A DNA stretch of 64,000 nucleotides from the human T2T-CHM13v2.0 reference genome, Homo sapiens. Where the stretch lies: NCBI RefSeq assembly GCF_009914755.1, contig NC_060925.1; one strand, 5' to 3'. Made by a program: the position numbers and the translations under genes. The notes under the pieces are model-generated. The model had not been told where the DNA came from and did not search any database. It saw only the letters and a list, made by a program, of their open reading frames with translations. Below, one piece after another: positions 26,870 through 39,604 of the stretch. The stretch's first letter is position 1; the number at the start of each line of letters is the position of its first letter.

Positions 26870-28460
26870 GACTGCAGCCTTTGAGCGCTGGTTTGTCCTA
26901 GGACAATCGGATTTCACCGGGTAACGTATATGCAAACAGACACGTCCCGTTTATTTCATTGTTTGCACTGCGGAGACTCTCCGCCGCTCTCCACGCCTTT
27001 GTTGACCTACCGCCAGCAAAGTTGTGTGGTTATAAATAGATAGAGGCAGCTGATTAAGAAGCGGGGGGAGTGACTTTCTCTGGGCTCTTACGGATCAATC
27101 ACCGCTAAGGGGATGCAGGTTGAGGGGAAGGAAGAAAGTAAATCGCGGGGCAGTTTGACTAAGTGAAACCCAATTCCTTCGCCCCAAAGCTGTGGTGGCC
27201 AGACGTGCGCGACCCTCTAGACCCAAAACAGTTTTAGTCAGCAACGGGTCATCAGCAGGACCGAGAAGACTGGGTGGGAGGTCTGGCCGGTCCGAAATAG
27301 GGAAGAGGTGCGGGCTCATCACCGAGGCGGTAGGGCTCGGCTTATGGTCTAGAGCCTTGAGGCGCTCCCGCGTGAGCCCCGCTGCTTCCAGTCCGCCCTC
27401 GCCTGGCCCGGCGCGGGTCGCTCCCTCCTCCCCGTCCTGTTCCGCACTTTACCCAGCAGGGGTCCCAGGTCGAGCAGGGCCAACCCTGCTCGCGCAGCGC
27501 CGGACCCCTCCCCGCTGCCCGGGGTGCGGCGGCTTCCCTCCGCCCAAACGGGGGGTGTCTCCTCCATCACCCCTGCCGCGGCTTCCCAGTCGGAGTCGCG
27601 CTGCGGGGCGAGGGAGGCTCGCTCCTCCGCGGCCGGGGCCTGGGGGTGCCAGTGCGCCCCCGAGTGAGCGGGTAGGGAAGCCGAAGAGCCGCCGACCCGC
27701 TGCGCGCCCTCCAGTCCCGGGCGGCGCCGGGACCCAGAGCGGCCCCAGCCCGCGCCCCAGCGGGGACGCGAACGGCGTCTCGGGACGGCACCTCGCCGGG
27801 GCCTTGCCCTGTCCCGCCGCGTCGCGGCCTCTCCGCACCCCACGTCCCGGGAGCCGACCGGGAGACTCTCACGGCGGAGTTCCACAGACCTCGTTAGGTT
27901 AAAGGAACCTCGCCTTGCCCCCCACTAATCGGCTAGAGAGGGAGGCCGGCGAAACAAAAGCCGTAGAGGAAAATTAAGCGACTTCCCCCTCGGCGGGGAA
28001 CTTGGAGGTGGGGGAGCGGGGAGCGGCGCGGGGCGCAAGGAGAAGGAAGTGCTGAGCTGGGTTGCCGACGAACCCCGGGCAGGGGGAGGTGGGGGGCTGC
28101 GGCAGAAGAAAGACAAACATCTGGGGATCGGACCATATGCCGGAGCTTTGTCTTGTCCTTCAAAGTTCGGCTGCCCTTGAAGTGATTTGTCAGGCGGCCC
28201 ACGGGTGACAGGGAGGATGTGCAGCGGGGAGCGGGGGCGGGACATGCCGGGGGGAGCGGAGAGGGCTAGAAGAGAGGGGAGGAAGGGGGGACGCCAACAA
28301 GAGGGGGAGCAAAGTGACCCCGCCGCCCGAGGAACGGTAGAAACCGGGATCGCGGAGGTGCGAGCCCGAGCCCGGGAGCGGAGCGCTTCCCGGGGAGACG
28401 CCAAGACGGCGAGAAAGGAGGAGCGGGAACGCAGAGGTTAAGCGGAGGGAAGGCCGAGGA
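26870..28460. promoter_or_regulatory. CpG island / probable promoter (core ~27140-28450)
   Basis: Abrupt high GC and dense CpG in AT-rich DNA; GC box GGGGCGGGA at ~28234; no transposon match. Confidence 0.9.
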
Positions 28461-28619
28461 GAAACAGCCAGAGGACGGGAAGGAGGAAATAGACGGGGAG
28501 AAGAAACTGAAGATTAGTCGTTGAGGTGTATTAAGAAAGAGGACATGTCGCCTATTTTAGGAAAAGTGGCTTTGAGCTCCCCCCGCACCCCCACCATTTT
28601 TTCTTTCTCTTTTGCCCGC

Positions 28620-28860
28620 CAACCGCTGAACTGATTAGACTGTAATTAAGGCCATAAAGCCCTCAGATTATACACCTGTTTATTCACTGAAGTCGGGGTC
28701 TCATCAAGCAAATTAGCTGCTTGCAGGCTACACATTGGGCCTCGAGCTTGCCTGATTAATGAAGTTTATTGGGAGCTGTTAAAAGCATTAACTGGAGAAA
28801 ATCTCAGCAATTCGTCATATTTAAGGGATGAAAATTAAATCTTGCTATGCAAATGAGAAA
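28620..28860. promoter_or_regulatory. Putative homeodomain/POU motif cluster (enhancer-like)
   Basis: TGATTAG 28632, TAATTA 28643, GCCATAAA 28651, TGATTAAT 28753, TTTATTG 28765, octamer ATGCAAAT 28847-28854. Confidence 0.4.
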
Positions 28861-31800
28861 AAAATTTTAAACCATCTTTGGGGGGTTACTGTCTGCATAT
28901 TATTTTGCTTTAAAATTCTGTTCAGGAAATAGGAATTAACATGAAATATTATTTGCCCTTAAAGTTATCAAAAATATTGAATCGCACCTTATGTGGCATT
29001 GTGGGGAGAGAAAAAGAAAACATAAGGAAATTCCCATATAGTCCGTTTCCCAGTGCAAAGAATTTTCTAAGACACCTAATCACAAAGCCAACTTTCACGA
29101 GAAACCCAGTTTTTAAAATTAATGTATCCAGTTACAGAATGAGATTTGGGAGTAGTCCTTCAAGGGGTTTAATGTTTGATGGTGGGTGGGGGGGACGATG
29201 AAATCAGCAGAGAGAGGAGGGGAGTTCATGTAAGTGCCCTGGATAAGGAGCACGTGTGAGAATGGCAGAAAAGCAGTAGAGTGGCAAGAAAAAGTATCCA
29301 AAATGAATCAATACTCTCATAAACTGGCTGTAGAAAATGTTTCTGTACAGTGTTTTTTACTGTAACCACTATGGTTCTTTGGACAGGTCGGGGAAGGTGT
29401 GATTATGAAAATAAACAAGGGAAGTGAGGGAAATATAACCAAGTGGAAAAAGGAAATGGAGTGCAAATTGAGAACATAATCCAGAATTCGTAAAGTATGT
29501 ATTTACTTTAGGTGCTGCTTGGTAATATTGCCACACAAATGTTTATTAATGGTTGCAATTATATAAGTGACGGGAGAGTGATTTCAGTACATTCATTATG
29601 CTTGAAAAAGGGGGGAATCTCTTCTACAAGAGTAACAAGAGTACATATATAAATGCCTTCTGTTTCAACAAAATATTGAAAATAAAAACGTAGTGAATAA
29701 ATTATTTTAGTTAACGAAAAGCTTATTGTAATGCCAGTCTTTCCAGATTTATTTTTAAGTCTTTTCTATTATTTTTTCTAAGGACATTTTAGATATCAGT
29801 GGAGTTTGAAATGTCTGACTGATATTTGTTTCAGGACAGTGTATGTTTTATAATTTCAGTAAGATATATAAAATAGAGTATATGAAATAGAAACTCTGAG
29901 ACAAAAGAGAGCGGCATAACTAATAGAAAATTAGGTAATTTTAAAGAAAATTTATCTCATAATATTCACCTCTAATGGATTCGGTTTTAAAGTATTTTAT
30001 AGATCTTTATAGTTATTCTCACTAATATTGTACTTCAAAATTGATTTTCTGGTTAATTTTAAATTTTTTATTTTAAAAAACTTAAAGCATTGAGATTTAC
30101 TAATTTATCTTCCCTGAATGAAGTTACTTATAGTTGGCTAAAGAAAGTCACAGTAATCATTCATATTAATATTTCTATTTTAAAGGTTCGAAAAAACTTT
30201 CAAATTTATACATTTCTCCCCTTTGGTGTGGGTATAATACAACTTTGTGAAACTAAAATTTGTAAATTTAAAGTCTAGAAAACCTAACACCACCACTTAC
30301 AAACATAGATAACCTTGAAAAATAGTCGTTTGTCTTAATCTTTAAAATTCTTTAAATTATTTATTATCTCCTAAAAACTTCAATACATTCTAAATTTGAA
30401 ACACAAATTCCCTTTTGTTTCTACAAATATTAGGTACTAATTATAAAATGATTATTTTAAACAAAGGAACTGTAAACATTTTTATTTTAATATTGGAAAT
30501 AAAAAATCATCTAAAATATAGTTATTGGTAAGGATGAACAATTCTTGATACGTGCATCTGATACTATTCCTTGGATTATTAGAACACAGTTTTCACTAAA
30601 CTAACTATTAAAGGGTTATTCAGTAAAAGGAACACATATGTAAATTAAATACATTTTTGCTCAAGCAATACAAGTTTTGAAAAGAACAGTTCTTCCTATA
30701 ATTTTGAAGTAACTTGAAGAACAACAGTTATCCTTTGTGCTGAAATCAGTCGTTTCTCAGGACTTGACTTTACTTTTAATATTTAATTTAAACATATAAG
30801 TGGGAGAATAGAGATGAGTAAATTATCTGAGGGTATTTTAAAAATACATTTTGCGTAAATACATTTTAAAATATTTCATATCTCACATTTTTAAGATTAG
30901 AACATTTTAAAATGATCCTATGCTGATCTTAGGATACTTGTCACTGTGGTATCCAGTGTCTAACGGTTCATTTAAAATATGGATATTTTTGTACAAAGAT
31001 AATTTGCCTTTAGAGTGTACAGTCATACAGCGTGGGCTTCTGAGCTACTAATGGGTATCTGTTATTGTCATTTGTATTTCTGATCTCTAGAGTGGTATGG
31101 ATAAAGAAGGTCAAAATGGTCTCTGATGAAAAGAAACTTTTAAAATGCTTGGAAAAGTTAATGAATTAGATTTCCCTGCACTTGAAGATATTAGGATTGG
31201 GAGATCAAGACTCCCATCAGCCAAATCAAGAATATTCACAATTGACAGGAAAACTCAAAGTTTCTTTTTCCCCACCAGAGAAATGTCTCCCACCCCCATA
31301 GCTAAACAGTGGTAAGTCATAGAAATGATTATATTAGCTTAAAGAGAATGTTTCCTAAGCAATAAACTTCAAGTGCACACAACCTAGTTTTTATTTTATT
31401 TATTTCATGTAGTTTGTCATAAGTGCTTGAAAATACTTCTTGCAAAAATGTCCTTTTTAACTTTATAAAACTTGTTTTCTGCTGTGGATAAAATTACTAT
31501 GTGATAAACTATAGTTTTTTTTTAAAGTCTTTGCAGCAATAATGAAAGTTCAATGAAAAGAACATAACTAGAAGCGATGTGCAACACCCCTTTATTTTTA
31601 AATAGCCTTTAAATGATTTACGAAATAAAAATGCTAGTTCAGTTTCCCTTAAATAACCAGTATTTCACCAAATATTTTCTGCGTTCTTAAATGTTCAAAA
31701 TATTAGCATATAAAAATAATTCTCTCTATGTGTTCTTTAAGACCCACTGCATTTTTATCAAAGCCTTCAAAAAAATGCAGTGTTCTAAGACATAGTTTAA

Positions 31801-33526
31801 TATGATCAGTTGGTTTTAAAAATGTATTCTTTAATTTTTATGGAACAGTATATGAAATAAAGAAATATGGCATATACCTTTGAAGATGAGTCAGGATTTC
31901 AATAATATTTAGTAGGTATCCTTAATATACTACATTTCATATTTTGGGTTCTTAGAACTGAGAGCTTCTTTGTAGAAGCTGACTTAAATATTAGAATTTA
32001 TAGTTCAAACCTGTGTTTTGGTTATTTTAATACAGTAAAATTATTAATGGAAAAATAGGTGCATGAAGTTAATAGTTGACAACAGTGTCATTCTCAACCA
32101 TGCAAATATTGCTCAAAATGAAATACGTTTTATTGTATATTTCCAGGGCAGCCTTTTGAGTCTAGAAAGGTCAGTAACAGGATTTTATTTTGATACATGA
32201 TATGACCTAATTATTTCACATGTTGCAGAAATCCGAAGTGGGTAGAGCGTGCCTTTTTTTTTTCTTTGAGGTAAGTCTAAATTGCAACAGCTAAAATGCC
32301 TTCCTATAACTGTAATGAGATCAGTGGGTTTCAAGTATGGAATGAATCAATTATTGTAAGCAAAGCCCCTGCGTAAATCATGGAATGCCAAACCAATCTC
32401 AGGATTATAAAATGAATCTGTGACAAGTATTCAGGGTTTCCACATAGTCTCAATAATGAGAATGAAGTACCTAGTATTAAGTGAAAGCAAAATTTTATTC
32501 CCTTACTAAGGAATACATGCATATCTATTAAAAGAGGCCAGATTGAATGAAGCTTTTTAAAAAGGGTATCTAAGCAGCATTAAAGATAGAAATCTATGAT
32601 AAATATGTATAGTTTATATTAAAAAGAGAAAGATGCCAAAAGCACATTGAATGAAATGAGTGAGACATAACTATGTTAACGGAAAAATAATAAAGTAGTT
32701 CTTTATATTTTTATTTTAATAAAACTTTTTAAACAACAACAATCAAAAGATTATTATAAAAGAAATCAGGACTACCACAGTCAGTCTTAGCAATTCTTGG
32801 AATTTGATGTCTCTCAACTGGGAAGAATAATAGAATGTAAACTTTTAACAGAAGTGAAGACAGGAAAATGTCAATTGTATTATTTTTGATGTACTGCTGT
32901 AAGGCAGACAGATTCTAAAAGGCTTGGGAGATTTGGCTTAAATCAGATAGTTCCCTCCTGCACACATTCCAGCAGTCTCCTTGCCTCTTTCTTTTCCTTT
33001 CCTTTAAGATAACTGTATCACATTAATTTGCTGTAACTAGTTGTTTAGTAGCTTTACAATTTACCATTGTTAATGCCAAGTCAGAAATGTAAATAATAGT
33101 AGCATGTTTACCAGTTGTTGCCAATTTACTAACACTTTAATGCTTATGATAGGGTGTATGTGGTTTTTTACAAAACATGTTGAGTGATGCAAAAAGAATA
33201 TACTTTTTCCTGGCTTTTCCTGTTCCAATTACATACTTCTGGAAATTATTTAGGTTCTGTACTACCTAGAATCAGATATTAATTAAACTAATAAATATTA
33301 AACTTAAAATCTTTTTTTAAAACTTAAAATCTTAATACACATAAAAACTTTAACACCAAAGTTCTTCAATTACTTTTACATATTGTTTCTTATATTTCTA
33401 TTAATGCGTTTCAGGGATTATACACAAATAAAAAGTATAATTCTTTAAAAACATGAACTAAAGTCTTATAATACATTATATATAACTAAGTGAAAAGATG
33501 AATTTGTATTATAATAAGTTTTGTGC

Positions 33527-33796
33527 ATTTGGGGTGTAGCATATACAAAATTTTAAAAAGTATAATACTCTGATGTTTACTGTTTTCCATTTAAAATTAG
33601 GTAAATATGTTAAATTATGCTTATGTCTCAAGAAGATTATGAATTCTGGCATAATCTCAAGAAGATTATGAATTTGGGGTGTAGCATATACAAAATTTTA
33701 AAATATAATACTCTGATGTTTACTGTTTTCCATTTAAAATTAGGTAAATATGTTAAATTATGCTTATGTCTCAAGAAGATTATGAATTCTGGCATA
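33527..33796 (+). repeat. 127/125-bp near-tandem direct duplication with templated junction
   Basis: 33527-33653 equals 33672-33796 except a 2-nt indel; 33655-33674 copies 33626-33645. Confidence 0.95.
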
Positions 33797-36119
33797 GGTG
33801 TTGTAGATATTTGTGCAAAAACAACACCTATATAACAGATTTTATGTGAAAAACAAAAATACTTAAAATATTTTCTCACCTGTTTTTTTGTTTGTTTTTG
33901 CCAGAATCAAAAATAAAATGTATTTTGGTATTCTTAAATTATATGTTGTTTCAAATATAGCCATGTTTTGGCATGTATGTATGGCATTTTTATTTTAGAA
34001 GGAGCTCTATTATTGATGTACATGTATAAATGTAAAGAGATATCTCAAAATATGAAACTCATTAGTGAATTGAAAATTGGCATACTGTAAATAGGAGCTG
34101 TAAATGTATGCCTGAAACAGCTAACATCCCTGTCTGTGTATTCATATTTCAAAGGCAAGTTTTTGAATCGTGCGCTGGAGGTGAAAAAGAAATGATTTCA
34201 GAATAGTGAACATTTACAAATAAAAATGTGTCTACTACGCAATGAGGAATTTTAAATTTGCAGTGAAAGTCTGACATCTGGTGGTCAGAAAGAGGAGCAT
34301 CAGAAGAGGAGGCTATTGTAAAATTTCTATTGGCTTTCATAAAATAAAAACCAAATTAAAACGTACAAGAAATTCTTCCCTGTTAAAAGACACTTTATAT
34401 AACATTTACATCTTCTTCTAATGATTTAATCATGAGTCTTCTTTCAAATTTACATTTCCTAAATACTGTTTGTGTTAAAGATATATTTTCAAAAGGATTA
34501 AACTATTGGTCAACAGATATTTTTCAAATAATAATGGATATGCATTTTAAAATAGTATAATATGAATCAAATTTATCCAGAGAAAATTCATTTTATATTA
34601 TACTCTTGGAATCAAAATGAACCTTCTCTGTATCTTCCCAATAAACAAATGAAAGAATTAAAAATTCACAAAGAAATTTAAAGTCATCTTTAGCAAAGAG
34701 CAAGAATAGCAACAAAAAGGTTCTAAACCTTCAAATTGAAAGGCAATCCTACTTCCTGATAAATATTAAAAAGATAATTCATAGAACCAAACTATTGATA
34801 AGTAATTACCCTCAACCCATCATACTATTTTGTATTAAAATAGTTCAAAAGAATTGTAGAGTTAATACAGCAAACTGTCCTAAGGCTGACAGCCTACTAC
34901 AATGGAATCTGTTTATATTAAGTGAAATTAATCTTGCTTAAATTATGCAGTAAGTAAATTCCAATAATAATTTCTAAATAAAATTAATATTTCATAAGGT
35001 AGACTTTTCTAAGGTGTTTCATCATCTTATTTTAACATGTTCCTCAAATAATTTTTAAAAATATCATTATACAAGAATGACTAGATGCTTTTTGTTTACC
35101 GTTAAGTTTCAAAATACAAAACTAGGAATTAATACAGAATTGGGTATCCTCTTCTGCATATTCAAGGTGAAATGAAGCTACCAGAGGGGGAAGCTTTTGC
35201 ATAATTTAAGTTCCCTAAAAGATTTGACCAAACAGTGTGAAAATAGTTGGAAATTTTAAAAGCGTATCCTGGTTATTGCCTCAAATTCCCATTTTGCTTG
35301 GTGTATGTAGGCAGTCTTAGTGCTAAATTTGTTGTTGCTGGTTGTGGCTCTTTGATGTCTTCATCCAACACTCAGAATAAAGAATACTGCTGATATGTGA
35401 AAAGGTTCCTGTCATTGCAGAGTTTCATAAATCCTTCTGCAGTGGCAGATGTGCAGTAGTATCTTAAGATCAACATCTGGTTGTTCCTGGTTTCCTTATA
35501 GTTTTAAATAGAATTAGTGTATAGGGTGGATGGTCATACTGGGTTGGTTTTTGGTGTTCTACGTTGATGCCATTTGTGCAGTGCCGGAGATTGAATTCAC
35601 AATTCATTGTGAATTTGCTGAATGAACTTTCAGAAAGGCATTTCAGATGCTCAGGAACACTCAGTAGTGTTCAACTGCAATCAAAGACATAAAACTGTTT
35701 CTATTAATTTATTCATGCAAAGTTGATTATTTCCACAAATTGAAGAGAGTCTTACATTGCCCTATTCTTACAGCCCAGGTTATTTTAGGAGTGCTTATCA
35801 AATAATAAGGACTGTAGCTTTCCCTTTAGAGATGTTTAAAATTCTTATATATTACATAATTATTGATGTGATTACTCTATTTTAAAAACTGTCCCTCCAA
35901 GTGCTTTGAAGATAGGAATTCTTTCTTAGCAGAGACTTATAAGTAATGCAAAGTAATTTCAAAGCATTTTAGAATAAAACTAACTCCATATATCCATTAA
36001 CAAATGTTAGAGTTTATTTGCCTCATCAAAATTGCCAACTTTTCTTTCTTATAAACATTAATATATTTTTCATTCTAGAATATACTTTTTAAGGCCTCTT
36101 TAGATGGGGAGCCTACATT

Positions 36120-36287
36120 CTTTCCTCATAACACCCTGCTGATCCTGATGTGAGCACCTTGTTGTTTACACAGGTCTGTGGAAAAAGGACGGTATCAGTT
36201 TTTCCTCACCTTTGATTTCTCAGTGCCTGGCACACAAAAGAGTTTCAAAAATTATTTTTTGAAGGAATAAATTAATGAATGAATGAA
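36120..36287 (+). mobile_element. L2 3' end fragment
   Basis: CAGTGCCTGGCACACAAAAGAG...TGAATGAATGAA. Confidence 0.55.
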
Positions 36288-37194
36288 AAAATTCTTTCCT
36301 TTTTTCCCCTGCAATATCAGTAACTTTTTCCTAAAAGAAAGCATAAAATTGCATTGTACTTCTCTCCACATTTGAGAGAAAATAGTAAGACAAATGATTA
36401 CAACATGCACACCACAGACACTTTATGTGTAAGGGCTTTAAAGGATCTTTTCTTTGGACAGAAAAAAAAATGAGAATCATACATCACAAACCTTCACAAT
36501 TAAGCAATCCTTGGGGTCCATGTTATAGAACTGAGTACATGAAATAGGTAACGTTTTAGCTACTAATATCCGCATTGATAATGTTTATACAGTGAGATGC
36601 CATCTGCTGCATGAACATTTGCACATATTAATGGGCCCTGAGCTTGCAATGATATATCTTACATGCAGAAGCGTGTCAGAAATTTGTAACATCAAATATG
36701 TGGGCCTGTAATAGGCATTCCATTACCACATTAGCTATAATCTGAACATTTGGTTTTCCAATGATTTTACTACAAAATTACATATTTTTAGACTCCTCTT
36801 CATTTTCATATCTTCCCTGGTCACTCCTGATCATGTTACTTTTTCCCCTTTGATGATATACTACAATATTTACCCCATCCTCTCATTTGTTGTCAACAGC
36901 TCTGTTTTACTATATAACTTTTTTCAAATGACATAATTGTCTTTCCCAGATTGTTGTAATGTCTCCAAATCAGGGGGTGTGTCTCCCCTCTTTGGCATTC
37001 ACATAATACACTGAACCAGGGTTTTCAGAGTTAATGTTAACTTTTGAAGTGCCAGTACTGAATATGTCCTGGATGTTTCTATAGAAATGCTACTAAAATA
37101 TAAACGCAGATTATATGGAACATAAAATGTTTTCTTCTTGCCAGTTTATCTAATGTTGTCTGGTCCTGACACTAGTCACTGTCAGTGTCAGCAT

Positions 37195-37368
37195 TATTTT
37201 TTCATAGTGCTAATTGTTATTTAAAATTATTTATTATTTAACTTGATTATCACCCATCTCCTTCACTAGAGTCTAAGCTCCGTGAGGACAGGGACTTTTC
37301 TGCATTATTCATGGCTGTATCCCCAATGACTAGAACTATGTCTGTCTATAGGAGGTGCTTTGAAAATG
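37195..37368 (+). mobile_element. L2a fragment
   Basis: CACTAGAGTCTAAGCTCCGTGAGGACAGGGACTT...GCTGTATCCCCA. Confidence 0.7.
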
Positions 37369-37444
37369 CCAATTTTCCCTTATCCACTCCGTTTAGAGTT
37401 GGTATTGTATTAAGATTAGCTTCATAGTGTTAGAAGGGCATTGT

Positions 37445-37780
37445 GTTAGAAGGGCATTGAGAGTTCATTTAATCTCACTGTCCACCCAGAACAAGAATCT
37501 ACTGTAGTATCTTGGAGAGACACTCCTGTGGCCTCTGCTTATATTCTCATGTCGGTAGGTTCATTGCATATTGAGGCAACCTGAGCCATTGTTGGAAAGC
37601 TGTTGTGATTGGAAAGGTCTTTTGTTGAAAAGTTAGCAGATAATGTTGTGTGTTTTTTATCATGTTTAGCTTATGCTTCCTTTTTTTGTAAGGATTTGAA
37701 ACCTATCTTGCTGATTCATTTACTGCAAGCCTTAGTTTTACCCTATGGAACTATAGAAACAAGTGAATTTCTGTGTACTC
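37445..37780 (-). mobile_element. L3/CR1-like fragment
   Basis: GGCAACCTGAGCCATTGTTGGAAAGCTGTTGTGATTGGAAAGGTCTT resembles antisense L3. Confidence 0.45.
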
Positions 37781-37790
37781 TTCCAATATG

Positions 37791-37793
<3 letters not shown>

Positions 37794-37826
<33 letters not shown>
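37794..37826. repeat. (CA)n microsatellite
   Basis: About 16 perfect CA units. Confidence 0.97.
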
Positions 37827-37827
<1 letters not shown>

Positions 37828-39034
37828 TTTACTCTTTGAATAAAACATTACTGACATTGTTCGTTCATTCTGCTAGGTGTGCCAGACAGAAACAATCCCC
37901 ACTTTCATGTCCATACAGTCAAATGGGAGAGACAGATAATTAAACACATTATGTTTGTAACACATGTTAAGCACAATGCATGAATAAGAAGTACAAGATC
38001 AAAAAGAACCAAAGTAAAATTTGGTCCAGAAAGGGAGACAGCTCCAAGTTGTGCTGACTGGAAAACAGATGTACGATGTAACATCCTTCTGCATCCCTCC
38101 ACACCACTACCCTGCTCCATGATGTACATTACTGAAAAACACTTCTGAAATTGGATTTGTGGGTTTTTTTTTTCTAGATGTAATAACATAGTAAGTCTGG
38201 CCTCAACAGAATCACAAGGCAAGAAGAGAGTTTAACCAAAAAGAGCACTTTACATTTTGTTTACTTTTATATAAAAGATTGGATGTTACCATCAGCTGCT
38301 AGAATTTCATTTTGTTCTAATTTTTGTGTGGTCTCTTGAAAGATTGGATTGACTTTCTAAATCTGGTTTTCTACTTTTCCTTATAAAATAATGTGTGATT
38401 CTTACAGGGAAACTTGTGTGTTTTTGGAAGCTGCTTATGTCTAAAACGTACATTTCATTTTCCATTGCAAAAGTTTTCCCTTATATATATTTAGATTATT
38501 AACCAAATGGGTACGTTCTTGTACTAAATAATGCATGTCATTAGCCATATCACACAAAGTCATTGATCATAAAATTTTTAATGGAGATGCTTAGATGCTA
38601 TATATCTACTTCTGACTGGACGATCAGTTTGCAGGGTGAAAATTAACTATGGTTATAGGCATTCACTTTCTGAACACATTTTTCCCCCAAATTTGTTACT
38701 TAGCTTCAATCTTACTATTTTTTAAAGACATGCCCGCCACTACTTGTCACTTATACTAAAACACATCATTCTCTTTATATTCTCTCAACACAAACTCATG
38801 CTCTCACACATCATTATTGTCTTTAGTTCTTTCACTTTCTGAACTTAATTTGATTTGCGTTATGGGATCTGAGTGGTCCTGGAATTGCATGGAAAGAAAT
38901 AATGACTTCTTTAATTCTGAGTAACTGAAAACTTTGGTCATTCCACAGATTTTAGACATAGAGGGAAAACGGCCAAATTAACATAAAAGAAAGAGACATG
39001 GAGTGACAAACCACACATAAAGGTCTTCGATATT

Positions 39035-39604
39035 TGTGGTGGATTGTATTTTCCAAAAATGGCCACCACAATATCCCTTTACCCATAAGTTCTTCTACAA
39101 CCTTGCTCCTCCTTCATCAAGAAGCAGAATATAATTCCCTTCCCCTTGATTCTGGGAAGGCCTGTGGCTCACTTGCAACCAATGAAATGAAGCAGTAGTG
39201 ATGCTGCATGTTTTCTGGGCTAGGTCACAAAAGTCACTGTAGCTTCTATCTGGCTTGCATCCCTCTAGAAGCCTCCAGCTGCCCTGTGAACAACCTATGT
39301 CTAAACTATGCTGAGACCACCATGTATTGAGGAAATCTAAAGTAGCCCATGAGCAGAGAACACGTGGAAAGTCCTGAGACCGCATGATGTGAGTGAGATG
39401 CCCACTCAGTCTCCAGCTGATTGCGGCTCCAACCTCAATCATGCTCCAGCCCCCATTTGACTGCAGTTCCATAGGCAGAACCACCTAGCTGAGCCCTTCC
39501 CCAGTTCCTGACCCAGAGAAGCCACGAGAAATAATACAAGGAATATTATTTTAAATCACTAAATTTTGCAGACATTTGTTATGCAGCAATAGATAACCAG
39601 AACA
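39035..39604 (+). mobile_element. MLT1G/H-like MaLR LTR
   Basis: TGTGGTGGATTGTATTTTCCAAAAATGGCCACC...TTTGTTATGCAGCAATAGATAACCAGAACA. Confidence 0.8.

Noticed and set aside
27192-27902. 236-aa plus-strand ORF and overlapping 101-178 aa minus-strand ORFs
   Set aside because: The 236-aa ORF starts at GTG. All are low-complexity P/R/G/A, open in several frames on both strands, with no recognisable domain, as expected from stop-codon scarcity in a CpG island.
26870-28460. Assigning a gene symbol to the promoter
   Set aside because: No recognisable coding exon in the window; a BLAT search is needed.
15934-33880. Other strong minus-strand donors (AAG|GTAAGA ~15940, TAG|GTGAGC ~26122, TCG|GTAAGT ~26347, CAG|GTGAGA ~33879)
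   Set aside because: No matching acceptor, CpG signal or ORF; isolated donors are frequent by chance.
35594-35615. 10-bp inverted repeat AATTCACAAT-TC-ATTGTGAATT as miRNA/ncRNA
   Set aside because: Stem far too short and AT-rich; plausible by chance in 64 kb.
39095-39484. 129-aa minus-strand ORF
   Set aside because: Lies entirely inside an MLT1 LTR.
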